Shown here: positions 1 to 12,800 of the stretch, piece after piece
Numbering within the stretch: position 1 is the first letter of the stretch
How the letters are laid out: every line of letters starts with the position of its first letter
Assembly: GCA_043381765.1 (NCBI GenBank)
Contig: JBHJMP010000296.1
Span: forward strand, 1 to 40,299
Reading direction: 5' to 3'
Source: Collodictyon triciliatum
Lineage: Eukaryota
DNA: 40,299 bases
The notes under the pieces: generated by a model
What the model was told of the DNA's origin: nothing
Seen by the model: the letters and a program-made list of their open reading frames with translations, nothing else
Databases searched by the model: none
Program-made: the position numbers and the translations under genes

Positions 1-82
1 TTTTTCTTTTTTCTTTTTTCTTTTTTCTTTTTTCTTTTTTCTTTTTTCTTTTTTCTTTTTTCTTTTTTCTTTTTTCTTTTTT
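1..82. repeat. (TTTTTTC)n microsatellite at window start
   Basis: Directly visible 7-bp tandem unit; the same unit, on the same strand, closes the window. Confidence 0.95.
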
Positions 83-163
83 CGTTGTAACTTATCCAAC
101 GTCAGAAGGCACCACGATAGTTGAATGAATGTCTGATTATCAACTCCTCATGGTCATATCTAG

Positions 164-1221
164 GGAATAGATACATATTCAAGACACCATCTCTACCAAC
201 TTTGTGAACTTATTATCGGTCTGCTACAAAACTATTATTTATATTCGATGACATGAAAAAAATATTTAGTAAATTTCGATCGAATAAGGATGAATGCATA
301 ATTAGATGGGCTTTCACATAAGAGTCTCGGTAGGACTATCCCCGATTCTCACCTTGTCACATCGCTGAGAAAACTTTTATTTCAATATGTGAATGAAAGT
401 GTCTCGCAGGTTCGTATTCGTTCACGGCCGGACATTTTGTTATTGCAAATTACTGCATACGTCTTTACCCCGCCATTTTTCGTATTCATTCGTTTTTTAA
501 ACCTGATTTGTGGCTGCTCGCTCCACAATAGACTCAAACCGACTTAGTTCAGAAAGTATCCGATATATTGTACGATGAGATGATTTACATGAAAGTAGTT
601 CAGCAAGTAAACAAGAGCTATGAGAAGGAAATCGAAGGTGGGTTGAGAAGAGGAGGGAAACTTAACCTTTTTTTATCGACAAAGTAGCACAATAAGATGA
701 GAAAACAACAAGGAAAAAAAAAACATGTGACAAACGAATGAAGTGAATAATAGAAATAACAAGTTACGAAACATGACCTGTAAATATAGATTTGAAGACG
801 ACCCAAGAAGTACTCGCAAACGAGGTTGGGGCTCTTTTAGTCCAGCGTGAATCAGACATGAGAAAGCTGCAGGTGTTACGACTTTCTTCTACAAAAATAT
901 CATCATACGGACAGCTATGCAGCACCGGCAGTGGCTTCATGGATGATGCGTTTTTTTATAAGTGACTAAATTACAATCACTTTAAAATAATTTTAACTCA
1001 TTCAGACCGAAAGAAAAAGGAGGTTGAATGAACCCGACGAAGCCGAATTATCACAAAAGGTCGTGTCTCCTTCGACGCTTGGTTAATATTGTAATAATGC
1101 ACTTACCCATTTGTGTTGAGATTTTCTTTTTTTCTTTTTTTTTTTTTTTTCCTCACAGGCCAAACCACCAACCAGGACAAAAGATGGGTAATCAGCCTAA
1201 TTCAGCTTTATTGAATTTTTT

Positions 1222-1262
<41 letters not shown>

Positions 1263-2168
1263 TTTTTTTTTTTTTTTTTTTTTTTTTTTNNNNNNNNNNN
1301 NNNNNNNNNNNNNNNNNNNNNNNNNNNNNNNNNNNNNNNNNNNNNNNNNNNNNNNNNNNNNNNNNNNNNNNNNNNNNNNNNNNNNNNNNTTAAAAGTTTG
1401 GTTATCCGCCTATTTTAGTTTTTTTGATTTTTTTCCTTTTTTTTTTTTTTTTTTTTTGTGGCCTCCTCGTTGGTGATTGACTCACGGTACTACTCAGATT
1501 CTAATCCATAATTCTATCATGTAATCATCGCGGTGGCGTGTTCTCATTTCACAGACTCGGCGGTATCTCTGATGGTTCGTGCTTTATTCTGATTCTTCAC
1601 CACAATAAAATCACACAATTATACTCTATCGTTCATTTCCCATTTGCTTTCTTTTTGTTTTCTGTATTTTTTTATTTTGGTTTACTTTTTGTTTATCATG
1701 GTTTACTTTTGTTTACTTTTGTTTACTTTTTGTTTACTTTTTGTTTACTTTTTGTTTACTTTTTGTTTACTTTTTGTTTACTTTTTGTTTACTTTTTGTT
1801 TACTTTTTGTTTATCATGGTTTACTTTTGTTTACTTTTTCCTTAGCCTTGTAAACTACACATTCCTTTCTGATGCAAACGGACACACAGCCCACTTGTCT
1901 TTTCTGCTCTAATGATTATAATAATAATAATAATGCAGACCAAAGCGCACGCGGCTCAGAGACGGACGATTACGAAGTGGACGAAGCGCACGAAACGGAG
2001 CTCGAAATACACAGCGTCGAGGAACTCCCAACCAGCGTCAGGAAGGCATCAACCAAGGTCAAGACCCGTTCTCCTAATGTGCTTCATCTTGTTGCTGAGC
2101 CCATCTTGCAAAGACTGCTTTGCGGCCCCCACTACGTTTCCCATTCATCTCATGTGTATGTCATTTAG
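164..2168 (+). CDS. Partial multi-exon gene, PCM1 C-terminal-domain-like helical/coiled-coil protein
   Basis: Phase-consistent GT-AG exons ~164-218, 306-409, 532-637, 790-872, 1006-1081, 1159-1187 give ...LVTSLRKLLFQYVNESVSQTQTDLVQKVSDILYDEMIYMKVVQQVNKSYEKEIEDLK..., which aligns without gaps to the recalled PCM1 C-terminal motif. An acidic exon at ~1939-2168 (SVEELPTSVRK) lies beyond the N gap, so its linkage is inferred. Confidence 0.5.
1290..1389. other. Assembly gap (100 N) after poly-T tract
   Basis: Run of N. Confidence 0.99.
1700..1838. repeat. (TTTACTTTTTG)n 11-bp tandem repeat
   Basis: Directly visible; causes spurious F/L/V-rich ORFs. Confidence 0.9.
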
Positions 2169-2337
2169 CAGTCTCGCGAACCGCACACTTATCAGGACAC
2201 AGACCGCGCACTCCTAATCAGCCTTCTGAAGCAGTTTGAGGCAGGGCAGACGTTTGGTTTGTGGGTGGTTAAATGATGGGGTGGTGGAACATTTGAGTGA
2301 CTTGCATTTGGTTGCAGGTGTTGATAGCGGCAGTGGC

Positions 2338-2409
<72 letters not shown>

Positions 2410-2425
2410 GGTGATGATGATGGTG
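2338..2425. repeat. (GAT)n microsatellite
   Basis: Directly visible. Confidence 0.95.
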
Positions 2426-2734
2426 ACAACTCGACCAAGTGACGCTCGCGCCTTCTTCGGCCCCCCGGTTTTTGTGGAAGTCCGGCGTTTGGAATAAACG
2501 ATTAATGATATGCGAATGATGAGGCTGAAGAGAATATTGGATGGTTGGGGCAGGTGCCGAACAAGAAGCAGAGGCAGAAGTAGCAGCAGCAAAGACATAG
2601 AGAGGGAGAGGGAGGAAGATGGGCGCTCATGCTTTGTCGGGAGAAGGGTCTCTTTGTTGCTATTCTCTTAAGGGTCGTGTGCAGTTCGAATACGCCTTGA
2701 TCGTGGACAAAATAAACTCAAGATTCTTTTTCTT

Positions 2735-3016
2735 TTTTATTCTTTCTTTTTTTATTCTTTCTTTTTTTATTCTTTCTTTTTTTATTCTTTCTTTTTTTAT
2801 TCTTTCTTTTTTTATTCTTTCTTTTTTTNNNNNNNNNNNNNNNNNNNNNNNNNNNNNNNNNNNNNNNNNNNNNNNNNNNNNNNNNNNNNNNNNNNNNNNN
2901 NNNNNNNNNNNNNNNNNNNNNNNNNNNNTTTTTTTACTCTTTTTTTACTCTTTTTTTACTCTTTTTTTACTCTTTTTTTACTCTTTTTTTACTCTTTTTT
3001 TACTCTTTTTTTACTC
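2735..3016. repeat. T-rich 15-bp and 11-bp tandem repeats flanking a second 100-N gap (2829-2928)
   Basis: (TTTATTCTTTCTTTT)n before the gap and (TTTTTTTACTC)n after it. Confidence 0.9.
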
Positions 3017-3078
3017 TTCTCTTTTTTCTATTTGAGTTTGGATTTCTATTTGAATCTCAATATAAACATCGACCTCAG

Positions 3079-6000
3079 TTCCAGAAGACTACTATGCTAG
3101 TTTAGACGCAAATGGAAAAAGGGTGGACATTGATGCGAAGCCAGAGTTGCAGTATGTAGCTCGTTTTGATTACAGAAGCTGCACTATATACATATTGAAA
3201 TTGAAGGTATACAGAACCAATTTAATCGGGCGATATTTGTCATTGTTAAATACTCCTAGCTCTGGAAGCTTTGAATACATAGCCACATCCGACTATTATA
3301 CGCACGAACCAAATCCGCCATGTTTTATGTTCCTAATTGACTCGTCGCCGAAAGCAGCTCAAAGGTTATATCAGACCCGCCAATCATAAGGATAGAGCTA
3401 ATATATTGATTGAAATGTTAATAATGACATTATTTTCATAAAAAAAAAATAAAGAGGCATATATGGAAAGAGGATATCGCAAGAATCAAATTTCCTAAGC
3501 CTGTTCAAATACTTAATATAGTGGCTGGCTGCTTTCCATCTGCCGCTCGTTACAGATATCACTACGAAGACTATGCCAAGGTATGCACTGAAATAACATA
3601 TCGAATCGAATTCAATATATATTCGTCAATAAATGTAATGGGTAACAAACCCGTCGTATCATTTTGATTGGTATTGTTTGTCTTAGGCCATGACGATTCG
3701 TCTCGAGTCGGAATCATGACTTTTGATGAACACCTTCACTTTTACCATATTTCTGTCAGTAATTTTGGATGAAGACATCACTTTTCCCTCTTTTTTTTTA
3801 CATCATGAATAGTTATTTCATTCATCGGATATTACCTCATTTATGTTACAATGTCGTATTTATGTGATTAAAAATAATCATATAAAGTTAATGTTTTTCT
3901 TATCACGAAACAAAATCATAATTACGGTTTGATTTAGCTCAAGACAGGAAAGCCAAGAGAATATGTCATGACAGATTTGGTATCTGGTGGTATACCTTAT
4001 CCAACAGGCTTCTTTATTAGTTTAAAGGAGCACGTGGAAAGCATTTGCTCGTTGCTTGAAAAGGTTTATTTTATGGATTACTTTTATTAATCCTTCGATG
4101 TAATAGTGTAATTGGAGTATGTGTGATTGATGTGTATATCCCTGATTCTTATATCTCTTCTTCGTACACTCATCGATTTGTCTACCAATTCAGTATAAGA
4201 GAGGGACTGAGGCAAATAGATAACACTTTGTAAGATGAAAAAAATATTCCTCATCATAGATTCCCTTCAATTCACGCAAGACAGAGTCCAAACCGTGCGC
4301 TCTTGGTTCGGCGATGCAGTCAGCTCTAAAAATAATGGTGATACTCCGCTTCGAATCATAAACATAAAGCTAATAAACTTTACTTTCTCGCAACTAACGC
4401 CAAATTATTAGAACCAGACATGCGGTCGGCTGCTTGTATTCCAATGTGAATCTGCATCAGAACCTGTATTTGCTCAAACTAGTGAAGTAAAGCACACAAA
4501 AGAAAAGGTGCGGTTTAGTGTCTCCGATGACTTTTCACTTTCCTTTAATGAAAGCAAAACGTTCATTCTTATTGACACGATTTAGAGACAAGAGAGTCAT
4601 ATTTCAAGCAAGGAATACTACATGAAACTAGTTCCTTTGTTTTCGAGTTCCTTTATTTGTGTAGACTATTTTGTGTTTGGGGAGCACGAAAATATTTTTT
4701 ATACAAGTAATACGTTAGTCCATAAATGAATACCATATTTATCACGCACATCATGACCTTCGTTCATATGAAAGTATCGATTATATCCTTGATGATACGA
4801 AATTGTACATCATTCAAAAGGTTTCATCAGTCGCAAGACAGGAGGACAGATTCATCATTTCCCGATCAAACAACAAGCCGAAGATGTGTCAAGACTAGAC
4901 ACTGCTCTATCAAATATCGTTTTGGGAGCATTCGTGATGGAATGTGTGATGAGAGTGAGATGCTCACCTGGTCAGTTTATATTTTAGCTATCTCCCTTCT
5001 AATCGTCAGTTTTATCATCTATGGGCTATTGGCCCTGTTCCACCATCACTCCGCGTGTGAAGATGTAAACAATTTCAAAAAAAAACTATTATAGAATACA
5101 AATTGGGATTGTTCCAAGGCAGTTTGGTTATGAAGGCTACCGACCTGTGTATTTTGGGTCAATCCGATTGTCACAAAACTTATTCTGTGATTATTGAGCC
5201 AAAGACGAAAGTGGCCCAATCAAAAGTCTTTTCAATCCAAGTGGCGATGCTTTATGTGACTCGGTCCGGTCTGCGCAAAATTAGAATTCACAATGTTGCT
5301 GTGCCTGTGTCATCGAGTTATGTCGATTTGTATCTAGCAGCGGACTGCAGAGTTATCGGCTCTTTGATAATAAAGAACGGTATGTATGATGATTATTTTT
5401 CTTTGTTTTTTATGCCATGTGCTACATTAAAAGGGAATAACAGAAGAATAATAGTTATATCTGGGGTGATGGAATGGAAGATGCCGAATCCTAAGGAAAA
5501 AGTGATTAAGCACATGGCAGACATTTTGCTTTTTTATCAGAGAGCCATCAAATCAGTAGGTTTCCTTAGCCAATTGCAAATCCATTTAAAGAAAAAAATT
5601 CATGAATATCATCGTTCATCAAAGTTTTCAAAAAATTATTCTAAAAAAAAAAAACCTTACGTAGAAAACGACGATGGAATTATCGCTTCCAGACTCTATC
5701 GCGCACTTACCTATAATTCTTTTATCCCTCTTGAAAGTATGTGGCAGTGCTAGATGAAGAATATTTACATTCTATTTTCTCCGAGAAATTATAATAATAT
5801 ATAGAATGAAACAATAATTGCCTGTTAAAAAAAAAAACATTACATTAGTGCTGTATATTACGTTCCAGTGAAAAATACACCACCAGAAACACTGTATTAT
5901 CACATCACTTGTGTACTTGGTCGATTGAAAAAACTCTTGCCTCTCTTCATCCCTTGCTTATACCTTTGTCGTTCTTTACAGGAAAGGTTTGCGATTTGAA

Positions 6001-6824
6001 TCATTTAAAAGCAACAGTAAATTCCTCCTTTTTCTGTCTAATTTTTCAATCGTCACAGCATATTGATGTGCAATCAGTCAGTTTGTCGGTCTCATCGTTA
6101 GCCCCAAACGAGGTTTTTCATTCCCTTCTATCGCTATCCTCGCTCAGTATCGTTCACAAATATATGTCTTCGTGGTATCATGTTGTGAGTAATCCTTCTT
6201 TCTTTCTTCTTTTTCCAATGGAAATAGATATACGTTATGTATTCTGTTGACAGAGTGTTTGTTCGCATCGGTTTGCACGTCACCACAGAGCTACTTCGCC
6301 AGGCTATAGGCGTTGATACCCACGAACAAATCAGGAACGCAATGGTCTGGCAAATATGCGTACCTTACTTTGATAGAAAGATACATATTGATCGATTGTT
6401 CTTAAAGCTGGGGAGATGGATAAATACCCACACACAAAAGAAGATTCGTGATAGATATTCACAGAACTATTATTTCTAGTTCCATTTGCCCAAAGTCGCG
6501 TCACCTTTGAACCACGCCATACAAAATCTAATTTCTTATTGGGAAGACATACATAATATAGAAAAGGTTTACTCTTTAGATGTGGTATATAAAGATTGTA
6601 TGTTCTGAACCCTTATATTGTTATTATTATTATTATTCTAAAATGAAACCTTTCTAACTGGATATGAACAGATTGTTATTTTTCTGGAGGGCTCTCCACA
6701 AGAAAGAGAGTTCTTAGATTTGCTTGTCGAAGACAGAACGGAAAACAATTTTTCATACTTTGAGTTTCTGGGTCACACGAACCGTCTTGTTTCAAACACA
6801 CGCCGCTCTTCTTTTACCTCATAA
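3079..6824 (+). CDS. SEC24: Sec24-family COPII coat subunit, divergent, 5'-truncated by the gap
   Basis: Spliced peptides VPEDYYASLDANGKRVDIDAKPEL, GSFEYIATSDY..PPCFMFLIDSS, RVGIMTFDEHLHFYH, ALGSAMQSALK, VMRVRCSP, FSIQVAMLYVTRSGLRKIRIHN and last exon 6672-6824 (FLDLLVEDRTENNFSYFEFL..stop) match the trunk, beta-sandwich and C-terminal motifs of Sec24. Confidence 0.88.
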
Positions 6825-7239
6825 TTCATGGTTTTATCCCTTGGAATGCTTACACTTGTGGGAATACCTGACAGCCAAGGCAATTAGATAGATGGGCTCA
6901 AACCAAACTGATGCCGTTTATATATGCATATTTAAACTCTGTTAGCCGTACGAATAATATAATTTCATACCCAGAGACAAAAAGAAAGGAGAGAAGAAAA
7001 GGCTCTTTTTCGTAATAAACTACTTCTCGGCATGATTTCGGCACCTTACTGCTTTCATTTGGTTAAAAGAATAAAAGGAAGGATACAAAATTATAGATTG
7101 TGTCTACTAAATTGTGCTTTTGCCGTGGAAAACATAACCTTACTGACTTATGAGCACTAAAATAAATGAATGCTTAATTACCATAGCCTTTTTTATGTTT
7201 TACTCCATTATCTATCCCGATATTTGTATTTCTGATTTT

Positions 7240-7381
7240 TTTCTATTGTTTCTATTGTTTCTATTTTGTTTCTATTTTGTCTCTATTTTGTTTCTATTTT
7301 GTTTCTATTTTGTTTCTATTTTGTTTCTATTTTGTTTCTATTTTATTTCTATTTTGTTTCTATTTTGTTTCTATTTTGTTT
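7240..7381. repeat. (TTTCTATTTTG)n 11-bp tandem repeat, intergenic
   Basis: Directly visible. Confidence 0.9.
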
Positions 7382-7485
7382 CGTATAAAAGTGAAGAAGG
7401 TTTCTTCATACCTTATCAGTCTTTAATCTATGGAAAATCAGCCGAAAACAATCACCAATCAGTCCGATCAAACTAAGATACAACC

Positions 7486-7514
7486 TATCGCAGCCCAAAA
7501 TCAGGACGACAGAA
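7486..7514 (+). promoter_or_regulatory. Candidate bipartite upstream element TATCGCAGC-N7-CAGGACGACAGAA (copy 1)
   Basis: Both boxes recur exactly at 9298-9325; lies ~110 bp upstream of the MRPL13 ATG. Function inferred. Confidence 0.4.
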
Positions 7515-7624
7515 GAGGCGCACTCAACCACAAGACCTTCCCTGTAACACAATAGCGGTTTCTCACAGGTTTCCTCCGGATTAACCAAGGGACTTGCCGA
7601 AACTCCGAGCCGGTGACTCCGTCC

Positions 7625-8966
7625 ATGAAGCCCCTCTCGGTTTGTTTCTGCCCCTTTCACTGGTTTATTTCCCTCGCTTGAGCCTTCCCTTTCACCCACT
7701 TTCACTTTTCCGCTACCCAACCTCCCAAAGTCGAACACCCTTTCATCTCCCACCTCTCTTTTTTTTCCTCCTCCTTTTTTTTTATTTCATTTTGTTGTAT
7801 CCACCAAGGGAAACATTGCAAAGACTCATAATCCTCTTTGCAAAGACCGCACGAAGCCCCGAAGAAAAAAAAACAATAAAGGAAAAGAAGAAAAAAAAGG
7901 CAAAACGATTCATACACACACCTCAATATCTCCACAGGCTTTGAACTTCATCGCCACACCAAAGCTGTGGCACAAGATTGATGTCAAAGGGATGGTTCTG
8001 GGCCGCGTAGCGTCCCGCATCTCCACGATTCTCCAAGTACCTTACTAGAGAAACATACATACATACATACATACATACATACATACATACATACATACAT
8101 ACATACATACATACATACATACATACATACATACATACATACATACAAAAAAAGAAGAAGAAAAGATAATAGCGCAAACAATTGTTTTATCCATCCGTTC
8201 GTTCAATCAGCATCCCTGAACACGAGTCTGTTTCATATTTGCCCCACGCAGGGAAAGCACAAACCAACATATCTTCCAGAGCGCTTCAGCGGTGACGGCG
8301 TTGTCATTGTGAATGCCAAAGACGTAGTCCTGACCGGCGCCAAATGGGACCAGAAACTATACCGCTGGCATACAGGATACCCTGGAGGTCTCAAAGAAGT
8401 ATGCTGGCATCCAGATGGCGACATCTGGAAAATACATACACATATATAATCTTTTGCTTCAACGAACCACCCATCCTTACGTGTATTCCCTTCCATCCTC
8501 TTTCATTTACGATGAGTAGGTAGTGGCCAAAAACATGCGCGAGGAGCATCCCGACCGCGTCATCCGCCGTGCCGTACTGGGCATGTTGCCAAGGAACAAG
8601 CTGCGCAAGGTGTGGGCCACAAATCTGCTCATCCACGCAGGCCCGGCCGAGACCAAAGCACCGCGATTCGGCTCCACACCGGATCTGAAGCCGGCCATAG
8701 TCTCCAAATGGACGGATCAGCGCGTGGCCCAGCTGCCGGCCGAACGCACACGAGGCACCCAACTCGGCCCCAACGGAGAAAAGACCGGCACAATCACCAT
8801 CACGAAAAACTACGCATGGCGCATTCTGCAGCCCGACTACGACCCCGACAGGCCCATGCCCAAGGACGGCTGGGATGCAAACATCCCCGAGCCGCCACCA
8901 TCCTGGAAGCAGGGCATCGAAAGCGGCATCCTTGTCTCGAAGCCCAAGAAGGTGCCTCTCAAATAA
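7625..8966 (+). CDS. MRPL13: Mitochondrial ribosomal protein uL13m
   Basis: Exons 7625-7639, 7938-8036, 8252-8398, 8520-8966 give [67 protein letters not shown]-..[14 protein letters not shown], the classic bacterial-type L13 motifs in an intron-containing nuclear gene. Confidence 0.93.
8054..8146. repeat. (CATA)n microsatellite in MRPL13 intron 2
   Basis: Directly visible. Confidence 0.95.
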
Positions 8967-9297
8967 ACGGCGCGATAATCAGATGGTGCGGCCTGGTGGA
9001 CTCATGCCTTTTCCAGGGGAAATGTTTTTGCAATTCTGGAATTTATAGTAGTTATTTATTCATGAATCTTGTGAGCAGTAATTTAGGTCTATTAACTGAT
9101 TTTAGATGCAAATATAATGTGGTTGTATCTTTTACATCGAAAGCAGCAACTTCTGGTATAGGATGTCTCTGCAATCGGTTGTCTCTGTGTGGTCAATGGT
9201 GTATGATTTAAGTAGTGCGCAGCATGAATCAATAGTCTATTGTTTTTTTAAGAATCAAAATGGGGTTCAAAGAATAACCCGGTCGTGAGGGAAGCGG

Positions 9298-9325
9298 TAT
9301 CGCAGCATCAACCAGGACGACAGAA
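9298..9325 (+). promoter_or_regulatory. Candidate bipartite upstream element TATCGCAGC-N6-CAGGACGACAGAA (copy 2)
   Basis: Matches 7486-7514; lies upstream of the gene starting at 9886. Confidence 0.4.
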
Positions 9326-9885
9326 CGCGGCAGCCAAGGTCGGTACTAAACAACCCTCATACTTCGTGTGTCCCTTGTAACTGTGCGCCTCTGGCCACCG
9401 AGCAGGCTGAAAACTCCCAAATGCAAGACAAGACCCGCACCTGCCCCTTGACTGGCACTTAGCGGATAATTACACTTGCTAGATCCCAAAACACGCCTTC
9501 TTCCCTTCTCGTACTGAATGCAATCCCGCCCCACACTTCTCACTATTTCTTTCATTGCCCAGTTCCTTAACTCGCATACCTGCCTAGTCAGTTCTTCGCC
9601 TCAGCAGGTGCCCACAGAGCCGCCCGCTTCTCTTTCCTCCAGCGCGACCGATCAAACCTGCACAGACTCATGCACACAAACAGCAATAAAGCCATGAACT
9701 TCAAAAATAACTTGAATAACAAACCCGAAGTCTCGAATCGCGGGAGTCAAGCTCACAACAATTTCCTCCCTACCTTACAACTCATCCTCATTCTAACAAA
9801 CGTCGCAACAGACCCCCTTCTATTTTTTTTTTCTCACAACTTGCTCCACGGAAACTCTTTGTCGCCGCCTCAACAAAACCTGCGG

Positions 9886-12800
9886 ATGAACCACGCAACC
9901 GTGCCACTGGAGTGCGTGCGCTTCCTCACCCTCCCGGACGGACAAAGGCCAAAGGTAAACACAAACACAAATCACAACCTCTTTGATCAAAACACAAACA
10001 GCAGAAGCCACAACCCCTTTGATCAAAACACAAACAGCAGGAGCCGCCCAAAGCCGCCCAAACAGCAGAGGCCGCCGCCCTCACGCAGGACCGGCTCGCC
10101 CTGTGCAGATCGCTCTCGCAGATCCTCACGGGGGAATACTACGTGCAGCTGGACCCGGCCGATCGGGACGATCTGAAGCAGAGCCTCGTGAGCGCGCTGA
10201 GTGCGTGTGCGTTTCGCGCAAAGTGGCGGCAGCAGCGCGCAATGTGGGCGCTTTTGAAGGCCGAGCATCGGAGTCACCAGCAGAGGAGCAGCGGCTCAAG
10301 CAGGGAGTCTGCAAGCCAGGCAAAGAGGCGGGTGCGGCTTAAGAGCGCGTCGCCTGCTTCGCGTGAGTCCAGCGAGTCCAGCGAGGATTCGGACTTTGCC
10401 AGAATCTACGGCGATGGTTACTGGCGGCGGAGGCAGCGGGCCAAGAGGCCAAGAGGGTCGAAAGACTGTGATGGGAGTGATGGGGATAATGACGATCGTG
10501 TTGATGGTGATGATGATGGTGCTGAAAAGGAGATGGAGCGCAAGTCACAGATAGAGTTTCTGTTTGATGAGAGCTACCAAGACCACTTTCGCCACGTGCC
10601 GCTTTTTGCTCACAGTGTGATTGGGTCCTGGGTTGTCCGAGAGACTCGGCAGATTGGATACATGCTCGCTCACCGGCCGCACTATCTCCGCGCTTTCTTC
10701 CGATGCGACCCTGATGCATGCAGGTTTTGATGTGATGTGATGTGATGTGATGTGATGTGATGTGATGTGATGTGATGTGATGTGATGTGATGTGATGTGA
10801 TGTGGACTTTTCAACTCTTTAATAAAGATTGTTGTTTGTCTGGTGGTGAAGGGCGTGGGTTGTGATGCGTCAATGCGGGTTGTAATGCCAACGTCTCTGC
10901 AGGCTCTTTTTTGATCCGAGGATGATTACGGTGAAGACACACGGCGGATATGCGCTGCAGAATTACTCGCTGAGTCATCGTGATTCTGTGTGGGAAAAGC
11001 TTGTGTGGAGAAACCGGATTGTGTCGCCGGTTGTCGCAGTGCAGAATCTCCACCGCTTCTTTGAACTGGACATTGATGCAACCATGAGGACTCTGCTGGA
11101 GTATGTCTTTAATGATTTAATTGTTGTTATGATTATAACTGTCTTTTGAACAGGATGATGCCACCATATTTTTTTTTTTATAGTTTCACTTATACTATAT
11201 CATTTATTTATCACATAACATACCATATTTGAAATGTGTGGGTGTATTTGGTATTAAAGTCGAGTGCAAAAGGGATGAAATTGATTTCTGGCGGTCGGCG
11301 GACTTCCGGAGATGTGCAGAAGAAGGAGAGTATTTGTCTTTGAATCCGACATATTGGATACGAGTTCTCTATGCAGAAATGATGGAAGGAAAATCTGGAC
11401 TATCTGATGTAACAATATAGTTATACGCAAGCTGTATCTTATTCTTATAATTGTCATGATTATCAGTTATATATGTATTGTAGTATTCTCAGCGGAAATC
11501 GTGATTGGTGGTGTTTTGACGTAAATATGTTTCTCATTTTTTTTTATCTTTATCGTTATCGTTATCTTGAGACAACGACAAAGCTTAAGATATTTTCCTT
11601 CTTATTCTGTGAAAAAGATGTTTATCAGTTTGTGACGCATTCGATGTTATTTTAGGAGCTGAAAGTGTCTTTTATCAAATTCATGGAAAAGTTGGTTTTC
11701 TTTATATACTTCATGAGAGCATCTTTAGCATTATTTTTTCTTCCATTTATTTATTCTTCTTAAAGCTCTTTTTCGTTTTCAATTTAATTCTATGATATCC
11801 TCTAAATCTCTGTGCAGCATTAATATTTTGATAATTTTATCCTTGGAAACTAAATACAATGGCACCCAAACAAATGAATGCAGGGAAAGCTGTCAAACCA
11901 TTATTTCCAACTCGTTCCCTTATCTTGATGACGAACTCCTTCTCCAATTCCTGAGAGATAATGCATCTAATATTACGTTCCCTGAAAATGAAGGAAAAGT
12001 AAATAGTTTGACAACTCTCGATTTTATGTTATATTGTCTTTATCCATTATTGCCAATATGTATGTCAGATGTATCGGACAGCCTTCAAGTTTCTCGTTGA
12101 GTTTTGTTCGCTCACCTTTTTTTTTTTAATTGGAACGATCCCTGATACTATTTATTTATTTATTCTTTTATCATTACTATTTCTAGAACACGTATGACTT
12201 GCTATTTCGATACACAGACTGGAGTGATTTGTCGAACCTAATAATCTCCACAATGGCTCTACTGTTTCCTTACAGGTTTGCTTCATTTGTCGAGGTTTAG
12301 ATATCCTTTGACTATTTGAAATCAAACATGCAAGTCTTTTTGGGTGATTAATGACATGTTCTAGTTTTTTTTCTTTTGATTTGATAATTTTTTTTAAAAA
12401 GTTATGGAAAATCTTCAATAGACTCGATAGATGCTTGCGTGATGAGTCTGATGCCTCGACTCATGCTTTTCAGAAAATTACCGATACACTTTCCCGTTTT
12501 CGCATGATTCCGCTCTCACAAGAAGACATGGATTGTCGGGATATGGTAAGTCTGCCCATCTTTTTATATATATCCTAAAAGCAAAAAACAAGAAAATAGA
12601 ATAACATATCTCAACAACACGATTATCAGATTATTAAATAATTATTTCCATGTGAATAATTGATTATGCATCGTATTCTTTCAGCAAAACATTTCCAAGT
12701 TGATACAAGAATTACATGCCCGGAGGATATAAAAGATCAATTAGTCTTAAAAGGGTTAGGGTTTTCATATGTTTTAATGGACAGGGCTTCCAGCAAGTGA

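Noticed and set aside
1-82. Terminal (TTTTTTC)n at both window ends as telomeres
   Set aside because: Same strand at both ends rather than inverted, and the unit also occurs internally near 14 kb. More likely assembly breaks at microsatellites.
1538-1912. Hydrophobic F/L/V-rich ORFs (also 7150-7476, 7923-8181, 13674-14405) as membrane proteins
   Set aside because: They are translations of intronic or intergenic tandem repeats.
2214-2630. Possible small minus-strand gene around the (GAT)n tract
   Set aside because: Donor- and acceptor-like sites exist, but I could not build a consistent frame or recognise a product. Unresolved.
9973-10044. 36-bp direct repeat as a CRISPR-like array
   Set aside because: Two adjacent copies, no spacers, inside a eukaryotic intron.
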